From Lama glama (Eukaryota), in assembly GCA_028534125.1 (NCBI GenBank), contig CM052839.1, forward strand, positions 38,440,001 to 38,504,000: a DNA stretch of 64,000 bases, given 5' to 3'. How positions within the stretch are numbered: the first letter of the stretch is position 1; each line of letters begins with the position of its first letter. Both the position numbers and the translations under genes were made by a program. The notes under the pieces were generated by a model. That model was not told where the DNA came from and ran no database searches. It saw nothing but the letters and a program-made list of their open reading frames with translations. Positions 1-11,791 of the stretch are shown here, in pieces.

Positions 1-1868
1 CCCCTTCTCATTCTCTTTTTGAGTTGGCAGTATCTCAAAAGGGCAAAGGGATTATGAGGCTCCGGCTCATTCTATTCGTTTGTTACCGAATAAATGCTTC
101 ATCAATGGAAAGAGAATGATTTCATTAGGCACAGGAAATCGAGCCCACGTATTCAAGCCAGGAACAAACAAATAACCAAAAATTAGTCAGGGAGCTGAAG
201 TTCAGGCTTTGGAACCAGCCAGACATTGCCTCAAACATCAGCTTCCTTTCTTTGTTAATGACATGAACTCGGTTAGCCTTGTTCCTCTCACCAAGACCCT
301 GCAAACTGGGATTCCTGTTACTTGCCTGGGAATTTGACAGGCTTCATACGTAGCTCCCCCTCTTCCAGACCCAAGTTCTAACAACACTGAGAAAATACGG
401 TGAAGCAGTGGCAGATGGGAGTCCCGGTGGTCACCGGGATTAATGATAAAGCTTAAGAGGGTGTAGCTTAGTGTCAGAGCCAAATGGACCTACTGAATGA
501 ATCTCAGAATGAAACACATCACTACCCTGTACCTACCAGACTGCACCTGTGAGGCGAAGGCCACCAAGATTAGACTCAGGGCATGGAGGGAAGAGAAAGG
601 ATGAAAGGAAAGAAGAGGATCTTGATCAAGTCAGGATGATCAATTTATTCTCCCTGAAGTTACTGACTCAATAGATCGTTTCATTTCTTCCAGTAGCACA
701 GTGATTAAAGGTTAGGAAGGGTCAGAGTGTTCCTGCTGGGGGAAACTTCTGAAGCTAGAAAGAACCATTCTTCTAGGTCTTCTGAGTTCTTAACCCAGTG
801 TGCTTAGATATTAAGCTTGTTATCAATCAGGGAAGCAGCCACCACCTCAATTTTTTTCAGTACAGTCTTGTCTTCAATGTCATGGGCTCCTCCAGTACCA
901 GCCACGCCTCCTTTGACTCTCCTTCTAGACCCACAAGTGAGTGGTTCACCTTTTCCTCTCAGGAGGCTCTGAAACGGATCAGAATAGATTCCTAAATAAA
1001 TGGACTCAAAGGCTACACTTTCCCCAAGGCTGGAAACTCACACCCTATTCTATTTCTCATCTTGAACCATGTCCAGCCATACTGCCCCGGGGAGCATATC
1101 GGGACACTGCATTAAAAGATTAGATGGTAACCTTTTGATTCAATAATAAAATTCCTCCAAAATAGAGATTCCAGGAGGGAATTAATTCAAATAGTGTATC
1201 CCTTGTGAGTTCAAGTTTGTATCTTATGTACACTATATTAGTGTCCAAGAGAACTAAATAAGCCTCAACCAAATTCTCGTCCCTGTGCAAATCACAGATT
1301 TACCCCCATCCAAAATCATATATTCTAAAATGCATCCAACTTGCTTCTTATTCCACTTAGACTTAATTAAAGGGCACTTGACATCAACCTCGATTTACTT
1401 CTCATGCAGCAGCTGCAGCCTGGGCTGTTTTTCTCAGGAATAGGGGAGCTTCTTTGGGACTCTGGATGTTAAATCAGTTCAACACCAAGATTCTGATGGC
1501 TATGACCGTTCTAGAAAAATGCCGATAAGAATAATCCAGCATTATTGTCACGAACAAATTTAGAAAACAAGATTGTCCTCAGCTCCGGGGGATTTATCCC
1601 AGGACATACTGTAGCCTCAGCACCGAGCACTTGGTATTGCCGAGAAGCTGCTGCAGGGATCCAACGGTATCTGAGCAAACCAAGAGCACCTTGGTTTCGT
1701 CGCCACCGGAATGACTCTCGGCTCAGACCAGTTGCCTACAATCTGTAATCTGCAGACTCGCTCAGCTGAGAGTCAACTCCTTGCGTTACAGATGGTTACT
1801 CTTGGCACCTGCTCCTCTCAGACATCACTGCTTTCTTACCAAATTCAAACCTTGCTCTCAGGTCTCTT

Positions 1869-1886
1869 GTGTGTGTGTGTGTGTGT
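1869..1886. repeat. (GT)n microsatellite
   Basis: About 9 units. Confidence 0.85.
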
Positions 1887-4800
1887 TTCCTTTTATACCC
1901 ATATATTCAAGACCTACGAATTTCCATTTATCCGTTGAGGCTCACAGTTCCGCCGCCCCAGGTCTGCCTCTGCAGGCGTCCACATTCTTCTGAGTGCAGG
2001 CACTGCGTTTTTAATCGTGTATCAGAGTGACCTTTCCTGTTTCTGAGTGGCTCAGGTCCAAGGGGACATTTCTTCCCCCACTTCAGATCCCAATTAGGAA
2101 CCCGTGATGGGAGGTGATTATGTGGAGCTGGTGGACAAGCCACACGGATGTGAGGCTGGCCCTTCCCCGTTTTCCTTCTTGGCTGCTCTAGAACTGCCTG
2201 CTTCGACCTAGCATGACACTTCAAAGACGGAACCTTTGCAGTACATGCAGAACCCAGCTTAGCCCCAAAAATTGTGGTCTAAACTCCTAATATCTTAAAC
2301 TTGTCCACAAAATGACTGTTTCCCTCCTGGCTGAGTTTTGCTAAGGACAAGCAGTCCTCCGAGGTAAGCCATAGGGGCTTGCGGCTGAGGCTTCCTGTAC
2401 CTGCTAAATGCGTGTTAATGACTCAGTAGGAGCCCACACACAACCTGCATCTTTGCTTGGAGACCACCTGCGTGGCTGGCATCTGCTGAGGCCACCGATG
2501 AGGTGGCCAAGACTTTGCTGAAGCCATCTACACGGCCTGCTTGCCCTGCCTGGGGTCTGAGTGGCCTGGATGTCCTCGGAAGCCCTCTCACTCCAGGGCT
2601 TAAGGCCACAGCCTTGGGTGAAGGTTATCCCCTTTGGCAGAGGCAGGTAGAACCTGAGAACCGTCCGCTTGAAGCCATCCACCCACGTGTCCCTGATGCC
2701 ATGGAAACAGTTACATCACCACGGACCACGTGACCATAAGCAGTACCAAACATTAAGCAGAGCAGATGAAAAGCCTGTGGCCTTTCCACAGCAACTACGA
2801 CCTAAAGGCACAAGGGCAAAAATCCGCCTGGGTTAACATAAGCCTTTACAAAGCACTGAGCTAACTATGAATGTTCTTCCCACACACTAAGGTCACAGCC
2901 CCAAACCGGGTTTCTCAGCCACACCAAATGCCTCTAAATGTTCAAATTATCTAACTCTTCTCTTTTTCACTTTCCAATATCTTTGCTTGAGTTTCTGAGG
3001 GAGTCTGGGAGTCGGCACCCTTGTTCTCCATACACTTCCTGGTCTGAAAAGATTGTGAGATGGGGGCATATTGGGAAGTCCCAGGCTACTGTGTGCAGAC
3101 TTTTAATGGAAATGTCAAACCTGTTCCACTGTGATCGCCTGCTCTGAGAATAAACAGGACCGAGAGAGCAGGGAGGGAAATTGTGCGAGGATATATTTTT
3201 GGACAGTAGTGCATCCATCTCTCTCTGCAACATCCCAGTCATGAGAGGTCTGCCCATCCCCGCATCTCAACCTTCCCGAGGGCTTCCAGAGGCCGTCTGG
3301 AGAGCTTGCACTGTGATTCCACAGGTGCGCGGGACAGCAGGTTGGGATCTGCCTTGCACCTGGGAGACCGCGACCACGAGGGGTTGTCTGAATAGTCTGT
3401 GTGGTACGGGAGACAGGACAGGCTGCCCTGCAGGGATGGCCCTGCTCTGCCAGCTGTTTCCAGGAGCGAGGGGAGCATGAGCACTTCCTGCGGACAAGGC
3501 GTGGGTCCGTGGGGAGCGGGTGAGAACTGTCTGGTCCAATAGGGCCCACCAGGTGGGGTGATGGAGGAGGGATGGTGGACTGGATGGGCAGGAGCTGGAG
3601 ATGAGCTCCTCAGAGCTCAAGAAAGCACAGTCGGCACCCTGAGCGGTGACAGAGAACCTTGCCGCCCCTGCAGTTCCTTCACGTGGATGGTAACATCGAG
3701 AGTGAGCAAGGAGCAGCTCTCTCTACACGGCAATGCGTATTTAATAGGCTTGCCATGAGGACTGACTTGGTAATGCGTATAAAAGGCTTAGGACAACGTT
3801 CTCGCTGTCTGTGATTAATACCAGCCTTACTAAGCGTGAATAACAAATTTTAGGTGTGAGTGTCTTAATGACGTTCTTCCATTGAACGCGCACACCCTGC
3901 CCCACTCCGCACGTTCAGTTTGCACATCGTCGTTTCTGCTCTAACACAACACATGTATTCCTCAGAATCACCGCTGTATGCAAACTCATGCAATAAAAGC
4001 CACAAGGCTTTGGATACATTGGGTTAAGACACTGGGTTAAGGGCGTAACATTCTGAAATTTAATCCGGGACACACACGCAAAAATAGGCACCTAGCCAAT
4101 ATGGTAGCCCACGTTTGAATGGTTCCGAAATGCTTCATTCCTACAGCAAATGCGGCACCTGAAGTTTGCGTGAGCAGCAGGGGAGGGTGGCAGCAGCTGT
4201 GGCTTACTGCGAGGTGGTGGGAGGTGGCTTCCCTGAGATCTGATGGGAAGTGGTGACAGCAGGTGGGGATGGGTGCGGCTCCCGGTCCCCGTGGGCTCTG
4301 TGGAGCCGCAGCTGGCTCTGCTCACCTGAGTGCACTTTTGTGTTTACCTAGTGCTGCTCGTTTATGGAAAAAGCATGTAAACAAATGCGAAATCTGTCTT
4401 GTCCTCAAATGGGTCCTTCGTGTACCAGTCACGTTGGAACAAATGCACATTCTCAAAGCCGGCAGAGCCGACTGACGATGCATATTTACAAACCAGAAGC
4501 CACGCATCTCCTGACCTGCTTTGAAACAGCGTAATTTGTGAGAATCTGATCTCCCGAGTGCAATGGCTACAGCCTCTGGATTTCGGCCACAGGCGTGGGC
4601 CAAAAGAAATATGCAACAGGGAAGAGAATTCTGAAGGCCCCTGTTAGGACCTCACAGTTACTCAACTCTCTGGCTAAACTGTTTGCGAGAATGCAGACAA
4701 TACTTAAAGGATTGTCGTGAGGTTTATAAGCAGGAAGGGGAAAAGAAAGAGAGGAAAAACAAACGGCTCTGACCAATTCTTAGACATGACAAAGGAGATC

Positions 4801-6755
4801 GGACTCACCCCACAATATCATGTGATAGTTTTTAACAACAACCAAAAAAATTAGCTACCATTCAGATCTAAGATGTAGAATCATAGAAAAATCTACATAT
4901 TTACAAGCTCCGTCAAAGCCGTCAAACCCTAATTCCTCTTATTCCAAGACTGATTAAAAAGAAATTCTACTTTGTTTTTTTTGATTGAGAAATAACAAAT
5001 CCAATCTACCAAGAACTAAACGCTTATTTTTTAATGATGGAAATACTGGGAAGAAACGAATGCTTAAGTTATAGAGGAAAGCAAATTGTCAGTGACCGAA
5101 AGCACATGCCAAACTAAAATCTCATCCGTGGAATAAAAGCACTGTACAAGGAGTGGAAATGTCATAAATGTAACATAATACAGTAACACAAAATTCATGA
5201 ATTCTCACACCTTGGTAAAAATTTAATTTTATGTGTTTCTCTACTCTTTGGAGTTTCCTTTTAATTTTTTTTTTTTTTTTTTTTAGTTCAGAGGATCTAA
5301 ACTGATCTTCAGATCACTTCAAGGGTCAGAACTGCCTTATTAATTATGTTGACATATTTCCAACATATCCAGTCCCTTCTATCTGCAATATATTTTGGAC
5401 AATGGGTTACTTGGCATATTGTAGCAAAGCAACTGGTTGACTTTTTTTTTCCCCCTTTGGTTTGGTATCACGCGGACAGTCATTTTTAGAACCAACCCTG
5501 AATAACTTTTCTCCAGTGTTTAGCAAGTGTCACGCTATAGTAGGCACTCCAGAAATATGCAGTGAGAGTCAGTGAGCACTTGGTCGAGAGTCCCTCACTG
5601 GTTTTCGGATGCTCCTGAACTGCTCATTATATTACACCAGGGTTTCAGGGTTTTCTATGCCCTTTCGTAATCTGTGGGCTCTGGCAACGAATACTCTGAT
5701 CTTCATTTCTGTTTCCTCCAGATCCAACATAGTACTGAGTACAAATTAAGTCCTCTCTCTATACCAGTTAAAGGGAATCAGTGCATCACAAGAAGATTAG
5801 GGCGGAATTGTCCCTGTTTGGCTTTTTATGTACTGAAATCATCAGATAGTAGTTGGAACCTCTACTCCGTTTAGCCTTGGTAAGTTCAGAAGGGGAAACA
5901 TTCTGGATTTTATTTCTTCCTCATTTTTAACGGACTCAATCAATTTAGGTCGCTGTGGATGTGCGAATGAGGTCATGAACTGCCATCCTGGGTTGCTATT
6001 TTTAGTCTTTGGACTCTTGTAGCCCCTTTAAGCTGAATACATGTACTTTAAAAATAAAAAAATGCAGCAAACGAGGATGGATGTCGTCTCCAGAGTTTCC
6101 TGCCCCCACCTCCGACCCCTCCAAAGTTAGAGTCCATCTTCCTGTTTCCATGTCCACTTCAAACAGGGGCCAGCATCTCCAGTTTCCAAGGAAACCCTGA
6201 AAAGCGATCTTTACATAATTCGCTTTGCCCACTGTTGGAATGCAGCCACTTCTGGAGAAAGGCAGAGCAGCTGCCCGGCTGCCTCATAGCAACACTTCAC
6301 AACAGTGTGGGAGGAAAACAAAGAAGAGCAATGCACTTAAATTCAGCTGCCAGGGAAGGGTAAGGTACCGGGGCAGAAGATCATTTAGAATCAAGAGCAT
6401 CCAATTAGACAACAGACATGCTCTAAAAAAGAAGGCAGTGAATTGTTAATGAAATCAAGAGAACCAGCCTTTGGTTTCCCTGTTCTCATTGAAAGGCAAT
6501 GATACATATTTAAATGCTATCATTTAAAGACTCCTTCTGTTTGGAACATACGCCCAAAGAAGCAACTTTTAAAAAATTGAATGATTTTTTTTTCTCTTTC
6601 AAAACAATACAGTAAAAAGAACATCAACAGCAAAGAATAAAAGCCAAGTGGGTTGTGTGTTTGGACAATTCCTACCATTCTCTCAAAAGTTCCTAATGTT
6701 TCACTCAACCACCACTTGTCTAGAATTGCCAAAATCTAGATAGCAATGCAAGAAG

Positions 6756-7242
6756 TGTTACTGAAGGCAAGTTGTTACTAACGGCAAGTTCGTGTGCCCG
6801 ACGCACAGTGAGGCCAAATACCCAAATGTCAGGGTTTGGAGCAAAGAAAGGTCTATGGCAGGGCCAAGCAAGGAAAAGGTGGGAGGCAGGGCAGCTCATG
6901 CCTAAGAAAACCCTGAACTTGAACTCCCAGAAGGGTTTCAGCTGAGCATCCTTAAAGCGCCAGCTGAGGGAGGGGTGTCCCTGGGTCTGTGATCAGCTGT
7001 GCACAATTCTGATTGGTTGATGGTGATCCATTCTTAGGCACCAGAAGGTCCAGGGGCTACGTGCTCATGATCATCAAGCAGTTAATTTCTTCCATTTGGT
7101 GGTGGTTTTTAGCATCTGAAAACCTTAGGAAATATGCATGAGATACTACTATCTGGGTCCTTCAGAGAGGAGCTACAGCGGAAGGTATGGTATGGAGGAG
7201 GGGTCTGACCCTGGAAGGTCCACAGGCTCCTGCTTGGTTACA
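6756..7242 (-). mobile_element. 3' LTR of provirus
   Basis: Minus strand begins TGTAACCAAGCAGG and ends ...CAGTAACA; immediately preceded by a polypurine tract. Confidence 0.9.
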
Positions 7243-7259
7243 GACCCCTCCCTTTTCTT
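7243..7259 (-). other. Polypurine tract (plus-strand DNA priming site)
   Basis: Minus strand AAGAAAAGGGAGGGGTC abuts the TG of the 3' LTR. Confidence 0.85.
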
Positions 7260-7709
7260 GATACTCCTCAATCTTGAGGAGAACAACTGTTGGACAAGAA
7301 AGGAAATACTGTTTTGGACAAAGAGGTTAATCACAAACTTAGCAGAGGAACCTAGTGTTAGGGGGACTCAGTTTCAATCTCCAATCCTGTTTCATCCTCC
7401 CTCAGATCTTTCAGGGAACAGGGTGATGACTGCACTTGCTACTTCCTGCTGAAACAGGGCAGTCTCACCTCAATTTGGGAAACAGATACCGAGTTGGGAA
7501 TATTTCTGAGTTCCAAGTCCTGGATCTGAGTCTTGTATGATTAAGATCTCAACCCCTTGGTCCGCCATTTTGGAGCAGAAGACCCAATATGAACCAGCTG
7601 GAGGAGTGACAACTAGAACTTTAATAGGCAAAACTAGATCTTATTCCCTGAGGAATTCAAGAGACTACGCCTGAAACCCAGTCTAGACTTGGAACTTCTG
7701 GGAGACAGG

Positions 7710-7851
7710 CAGCCAGGTAGCCAGTTGTCTCATTTTATCTAATTAGATTTTAACTTCTGATGTGGTTATTAACACATTTATAACAGGAGATTTGGGCCAC
7801 TACACTTGTCTCCTTTTTCTGCTAACATCTGATCTAAAGCATTTTATTGTC
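7710..7851 (-). pseudogene. env: Frameshifted retroviral env transmembrane subunit remnant (ISD and CX6CC region)
   Basis: Manual translation with 3 frameshifts: DNK/ALDQMLAEKGDKC/VAQISCYKCVNN/TSEVKI*LDKMRQLATWL. This matches the gamma-type TM pattern (DN/QN)RxALDxLLAExGGxC-x6-CC..IN.S.......IR.QA.WL and lies ~470 bp from the 3' LTR. Confidence 0.8.
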
Positions 7852-8127
7852 TGAAATTTTAATAGTTATAAGAGGACACGTTGAGGTCATAAGGTTGAAG
7901 CTGCCATCTGCCAGCAGACACTACTTTGAGAATGGCTGGTGGTGTCCCCAGTATGACACGGCTCAGAAAATACGAGTGCTCAACAATATAGGAACATGTC
8001 TGAAACCACGTCCACAATGGCCACCTAGTTTTACCTTGAATGTCTGAACCACAGCTACTCCATTTTGAATTGCAAACGCATTCCCCTCCTCAAAGCTAAA
8101 GCAGATGCACCAGGCATGTCCAAAAGG

Positions 8128-8627
8128 NNNNNNNNNNNNNNNNNNNNNNNNNNNNNNNNNNNNNNNNNNNNNNNNNNNNNNNNNNNNNNNNNNNNNNNNN
8201 NNNNNNNNNNNNNNNNNNNNNNNNNNNNNNNNNNNNNNNNNNNNNNNNNNNNNNNNNNNNNNNNNNNNNNNNNNNNNNNNNNNNNNNNNNNNNNNNNNNN
8301 NNNNNNNNNNNNNNNNNNNNNNNNNNNNNNNNNNNNNNNNNNNNNNNNNNNNNNNNNNNNNNNNNNNNNNNNNNNNNNNNNNNNNNNNNNNNNNNNNNNN
8401 NNNNNNNNNNNNNNNNNNNNNNNNNNNNNNNNNNNNNNNNNNNNNNNNNNNNNNNNNNNNNNNNNNNNNNNNNNNNNNNNNNNNNNNNNNNNNNNNNNNN
8501 NNNNNNNNNNNNNNNNNNNNNNNNNNNNNNNNNNNNNNNNNNNNNNNNNNNNNNNNNNNNNNNNNNNNNNNNNNNNNNNNNNNNNNNNNNNNNNNNNNNN
8601 NNNNNNNNNNNNNNNNNNNNNNNNNNN
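8128..8627. other. Assembly gap, exactly 500 N
   Basis: N run. Confidence 0.99.
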
Positions 8628-9107
8628 GGGCAGCTCACTCCCCAGCAGGGAAGAGCCAGGGCCAGGAGGTGGCACGTCCCCTCCTGCGCAAGCCCCAGCG
8701 GCCGCCCTAAAGCAACGCACACGCCAGCACCAGCAACAGCCAGCCAGCGTCACGCAGAGCGCCAGGGGAGGTGTCCCCTGAAACTTCCACTCCCACACAG
8801 AGGCCTCCCAACAGACGGCCCAGGTCTCAAAAGATAATGGACCCAGAGTGGCTGCCAGTGAGCCCAGAGCAGCTCACCTCCTGGGTGGGAGAGCCCAGAG
8901 AGCGCGACGGAATTCCCAGCCTGTGGGGGCTGGAGCGACTCACCCCCAGGCGACAGCAAGTGTGGACCACGGCTCCGGTCGTGTCTTGGCTCCAAACAGC
9001 CTCGGGCTGGGGCTGGAACAGGCTCTCGGGTCAGGAACAGACACTCCGGGTTCCGCGGAGCGAAGTGCGCTCCGGCAGCCGCTGGGACCCACTGGCTTCA
9101 CCAAAAC
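8628..9107 (-). other. GC/CpG-rich proviral leader
   Basis: About 25-30 CpGs in 480 bp by eye, directly downstream of the PBS. Confidence 0.7.
9086..9103 (-). other. Degenerate primer-binding site, possibly tRNA-Arg
   Basis: TGGTGAAGCCAGTGGGTC begins 4 nt after the 5' LTR; its first ~12 nt resemble the Arg-type PBS TGGCGAGCCAG. Confidence 0.55.
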
Positions 9108-9548
9108 TGGTACCTAAGCAAGTTTGGGTACTGGACGCTTAAGATTGTGTGCCTGACGCATGCGTTTGGAGCAGAGGAAAGTTTACTGCTGGGCCGGGCA
9201 AGGAGAATGAGGGCTCTTGCCCAAGAAAACCCGAACTCCCGGAAGGGTTTCAGCTGAGCATTAAGGGTCAGCTGAGGGAGGGGCGTCTCAGGGTCTGTGA
9301 TCAGCTGTGCACAATTCTCTGATGGGTTGATTGATGGTGATCAGTTCTTAGGCATGAGAAGGCCTGGGGGCTACGTGCTCATGATCATCAAGTAGTTAAC
9401 TTCTTCCATTTGGTGGTGGTTTTTCAGCATTTGAAAAACTCAGGAATTAAGCCTACTATTATCTGGGTCCTTCAGGAAGGAGCTACAGCAAAGGACATGG
9501 AGCAGGGGCCTGTCCCGGGAAGGACCCACAGAGTCTTGCTTGGTGACA
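9108..9548 (-). mobile_element. 5' LTR of provirus
   Basis: Minus strand begins TGTCACCAAGCAAG and ends ...GGTACCA, followed by a PBS-like site; roughly 85% identical by eye to 6756-7242. Confidence 0.9.
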
Positions 9549-9856
9549 GAAGCATCATTCTATTCTCCTGTTGACACAGAAGCAAGACACATATTAATAG
9601 CGGCCATCCTTTGCACCATGATTCATAATTCATAGAGCATGAGGAGATAAACTCAAATTTTCCAATAGTAAGAGGAAAATATTTGAGTGGATAAAATCGA
9701 TACTTCTGTGTAATGATGTATAGTTTTGTTCTGTATGAAGGCACCCAGCCAAGGGGGTAAATGGAAGCTGAAAATTCAGCTCAAGCTTCCTTATGATGCA
9801 CTCAGGGTCCAGGCCACTGCTGCCCAAAGAAAGGGTACCTTTCTCTCAGCTCAACG

Positions 9857-9870
9857 GCACCATCTGTTGG
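9857..9870 (-). promoter_or_regulatory. Candidate CTCF motif
   Basis: Minus strand (TGG)CCAACAGATGGTGC approximates the core CCASYAGRKGGCRS. Confidence 0.35.
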
Positions 9871-10032
9871 CCAGGCCCACAGAGGGGCTACTATATATAA
9901 TCTACTATATACATACTATATAGAGACAGCCTATATTCTAACAGAAACCCTGTGTAGAATATTAGAACTAAGGGGCCTTAAGAGATATTCTTGCAAAAAC
10001 AGTTAATGTTATACACAAAAGAATGAATACCA

Positions 10033-10231
10033 GGGGGGAGGGTATAGCTCAGTGGTAGAGTGCATGCTTAACATGCATGAGGTCCTGGGTTCAACCCCCA
10101 GTAACTCCATTAAAAATAAATAAATACGTGCAGTACATTGCAAAAAAAAGTTAATAAAATATAATGAAAAAATTTTTTAAAGAAATAAAATATAATGGAA
10201 AGTTTAAAAAAGAAAAATTAAAAAAACAATT
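10033..10231 (+). mobile_element. tRNA-derived SINE (Vic-1-like) with extended tail
   Basis: GGGGGAGGGTATAGCTCAGTGGTAGAG (A box)...GGTTCAACCCC (B box); 14-bp TSD AAGAATGAATACCA at 10019-10032 and 10232-10245. Confidence 0.92.
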
Positions 10232-10243
10232 AAGAATGAATAC

Positions 10244-11258
10244 CAAGGCCAGCTACATAATTTGTGAGGCTCAGTTTCACAGAACGAAAATGGGGACCCC
10301 TGGTTCAGCAATCAGGGGAAAATCTTAGGAAAAGTACTCAAATTTAAACTTTTTGCCTTTCTTCTGAGCTCTCTCTCAACTTGTCACTGTGGCTTTTATT
10401 TGCTGCTGATAGTTGTTTAATGTTGTCCTAAGCAAGGAAGCTGAAAGCTGTAATTACTAGCATAACCTTCCCACTCATCTTTGCCTTGTACAATACCGGT
10501 TTTAAATACAAACGTAAGAGCACGTCACTGGTATGTGTGGAACCTCTGAAATTATACCGTTTGCATTTGCAGGTCAAACATGCATCTGTATTTCCCTGTC
10601 GGAGCCGTGGAACTGTGACAGCAAACGACCCATTCTGTGTGTTTCACTTCTTGATACACACACATCCTTTCAACACTTTCTACCTGTGGTTTACTGATGA
10701 GCGCAGAAAAACTGAAAAGGAGAGGGATTGTGGACACCACTCTCTTTTTTAGCTTTGTCATCATCTGCAGCCTAAATGTTTGGCTGATGATGCAAAGAAA
10801 AAAAGAAAAGATGTAACAGATTCCTTGGTCATTTGTATCTCCTTTCTGCATTGGAAACAGCTTCTGATCTGAATGGGAAATGTGGCCTCTGGGGAATGAG
10901 AGCCCCTGCTTGCTGAGTTGGAGATGAAACACGCTTACCTTGTATGCTTGTGTCTCCCTGGGTTGCTATGCGTTGTCCAGGGTCCACTAGAATTTTGGGT
11001 CATGGGGCATCGCAGATGCTGTAGGTGAAAAGGGCAGTGAGAAACCACAGTGGGCATATGTACTGTGCATATTTCCCCCATTTATACCCACGCTCCATTG
11101 CTCCACTGGACTTTATTTACAAGACACAAATTCAGAGATTAAATTAATAAAATTTTCAAGGCCAAGTGAAAGCAGGTCATTAAACCATGCACGGGGCCCT
11201 TCTGAGTGTGGGGCCCTGTGTGACTGCACAGGTATCGTGCCTATGAAGCTGTTACATG
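10244..11258 (-). mobile_element. MER45B/C-like hAT-Tip100 DNA transposon
   Basis: Termini CAAGGCCAGCTACATAATTTG and GGGGCCCTTCTGAGTGTGGGGCCCTGTGTGACTGCACAGG...GCCTATGAAGC match recalled MER45 ends; about 1 kb. Confidence 0.8.
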
Positions 11259-11311
11259 ATTGGCTAATAACCAGACATAAATGTCTCCCAACATCAGCTC
11301 ATTTCTAAAAA

Positions 11312-11791
11312 TAGTCACCCCTCTGTATCCTTAGGGGATTGGTTCCAGGACCCCCCACAAATACTAAAATCCAAATATGCTCAATTCCCTTATATAAAAT
11401 GATGCAGTATTTGGATCTTCTTGACTTTTTTTTTAATGGAGATTTATTGGGATTAAACCCAGGACCTTGTGTATACTGAGCATACACTTCTATCACTGAG
11501 CTGTACCCCCACCAATAAAATGACATAGTCGTATAAAACATAAGCACATCCTCCTATATACTTTGGATAATCTCTAGATTACTTAGAATATCTAATACAA
11601 TATAACCTCTATGTAAATGGTTGTAGAGACAATGTATAAACTACATAAATAGTTGCCAGAGTGCATGAAATTTAAGCTTTGCTTTTTCGAGCTTCCTAGA
11701 ATTTTTTTTTTGTTTTTTGCACCCCGAACACCTTTGATCCACAGTTGATTGAATCCGTGGCTGAAGAACCCATGGACAGAGAGGGCCGGCT
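11312..11791 (+). mobile_element. MER2/MER2B-like TcMar-Tigger element interrupted by a SINE
   Basis: GGGGATTGGTTCCAGGACCCCC near the start and TTGAATCCGTGG...GAACCCATGGACAGAGAGGGCCG at the end; imperfect terminal inverted repeats. Confidence 0.8.
11426..11513 (-). mobile_element. Short tRNA-derived SINE nested in MER2
   Basis: Reverse-complement SINE head; ATAAAATGA duplicated at 11394-11402 and 11515-11523. Confidence 0.8.

Larger units (their letters stand above)
6756..9548 (-). mobile_element. ERV1 (gammaretrovirus-like) provirus, two LTRs, interior interrupted by assembly gap
   Basis: Direct repeats 6756-7242 and 9108-9548 with TG...CA ends; GAAG duplicated at 6752-6755 and 9549-9552; PPT, PBS-like site and env TM remnant all in correct order on the minus strand. 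Confidence 0.92.

Noticed and set aside
6113-6197. Minus-strand exon-like segment (ttttcag|GG...GAG|gtgggg), and strong donors near 14850 and 30236
   Set aside because: Weak or unmatched acceptors, no recognisable peptide and no chain of compatible exons; lncRNA exons cannot be excluded without RNA data.
8055-8798. Longest ORFs (200-247 aa), and similar ones at 45470, 51475, 53952 and 63232
   Set aside because: They are open only because they run through N gaps.
10033-10110. tRNA genes at SINE heads
   Set aside because: A/B boxes are present but the acceptor stem is incomplete, with AT-rich tails and TSDs; these are SINEs.
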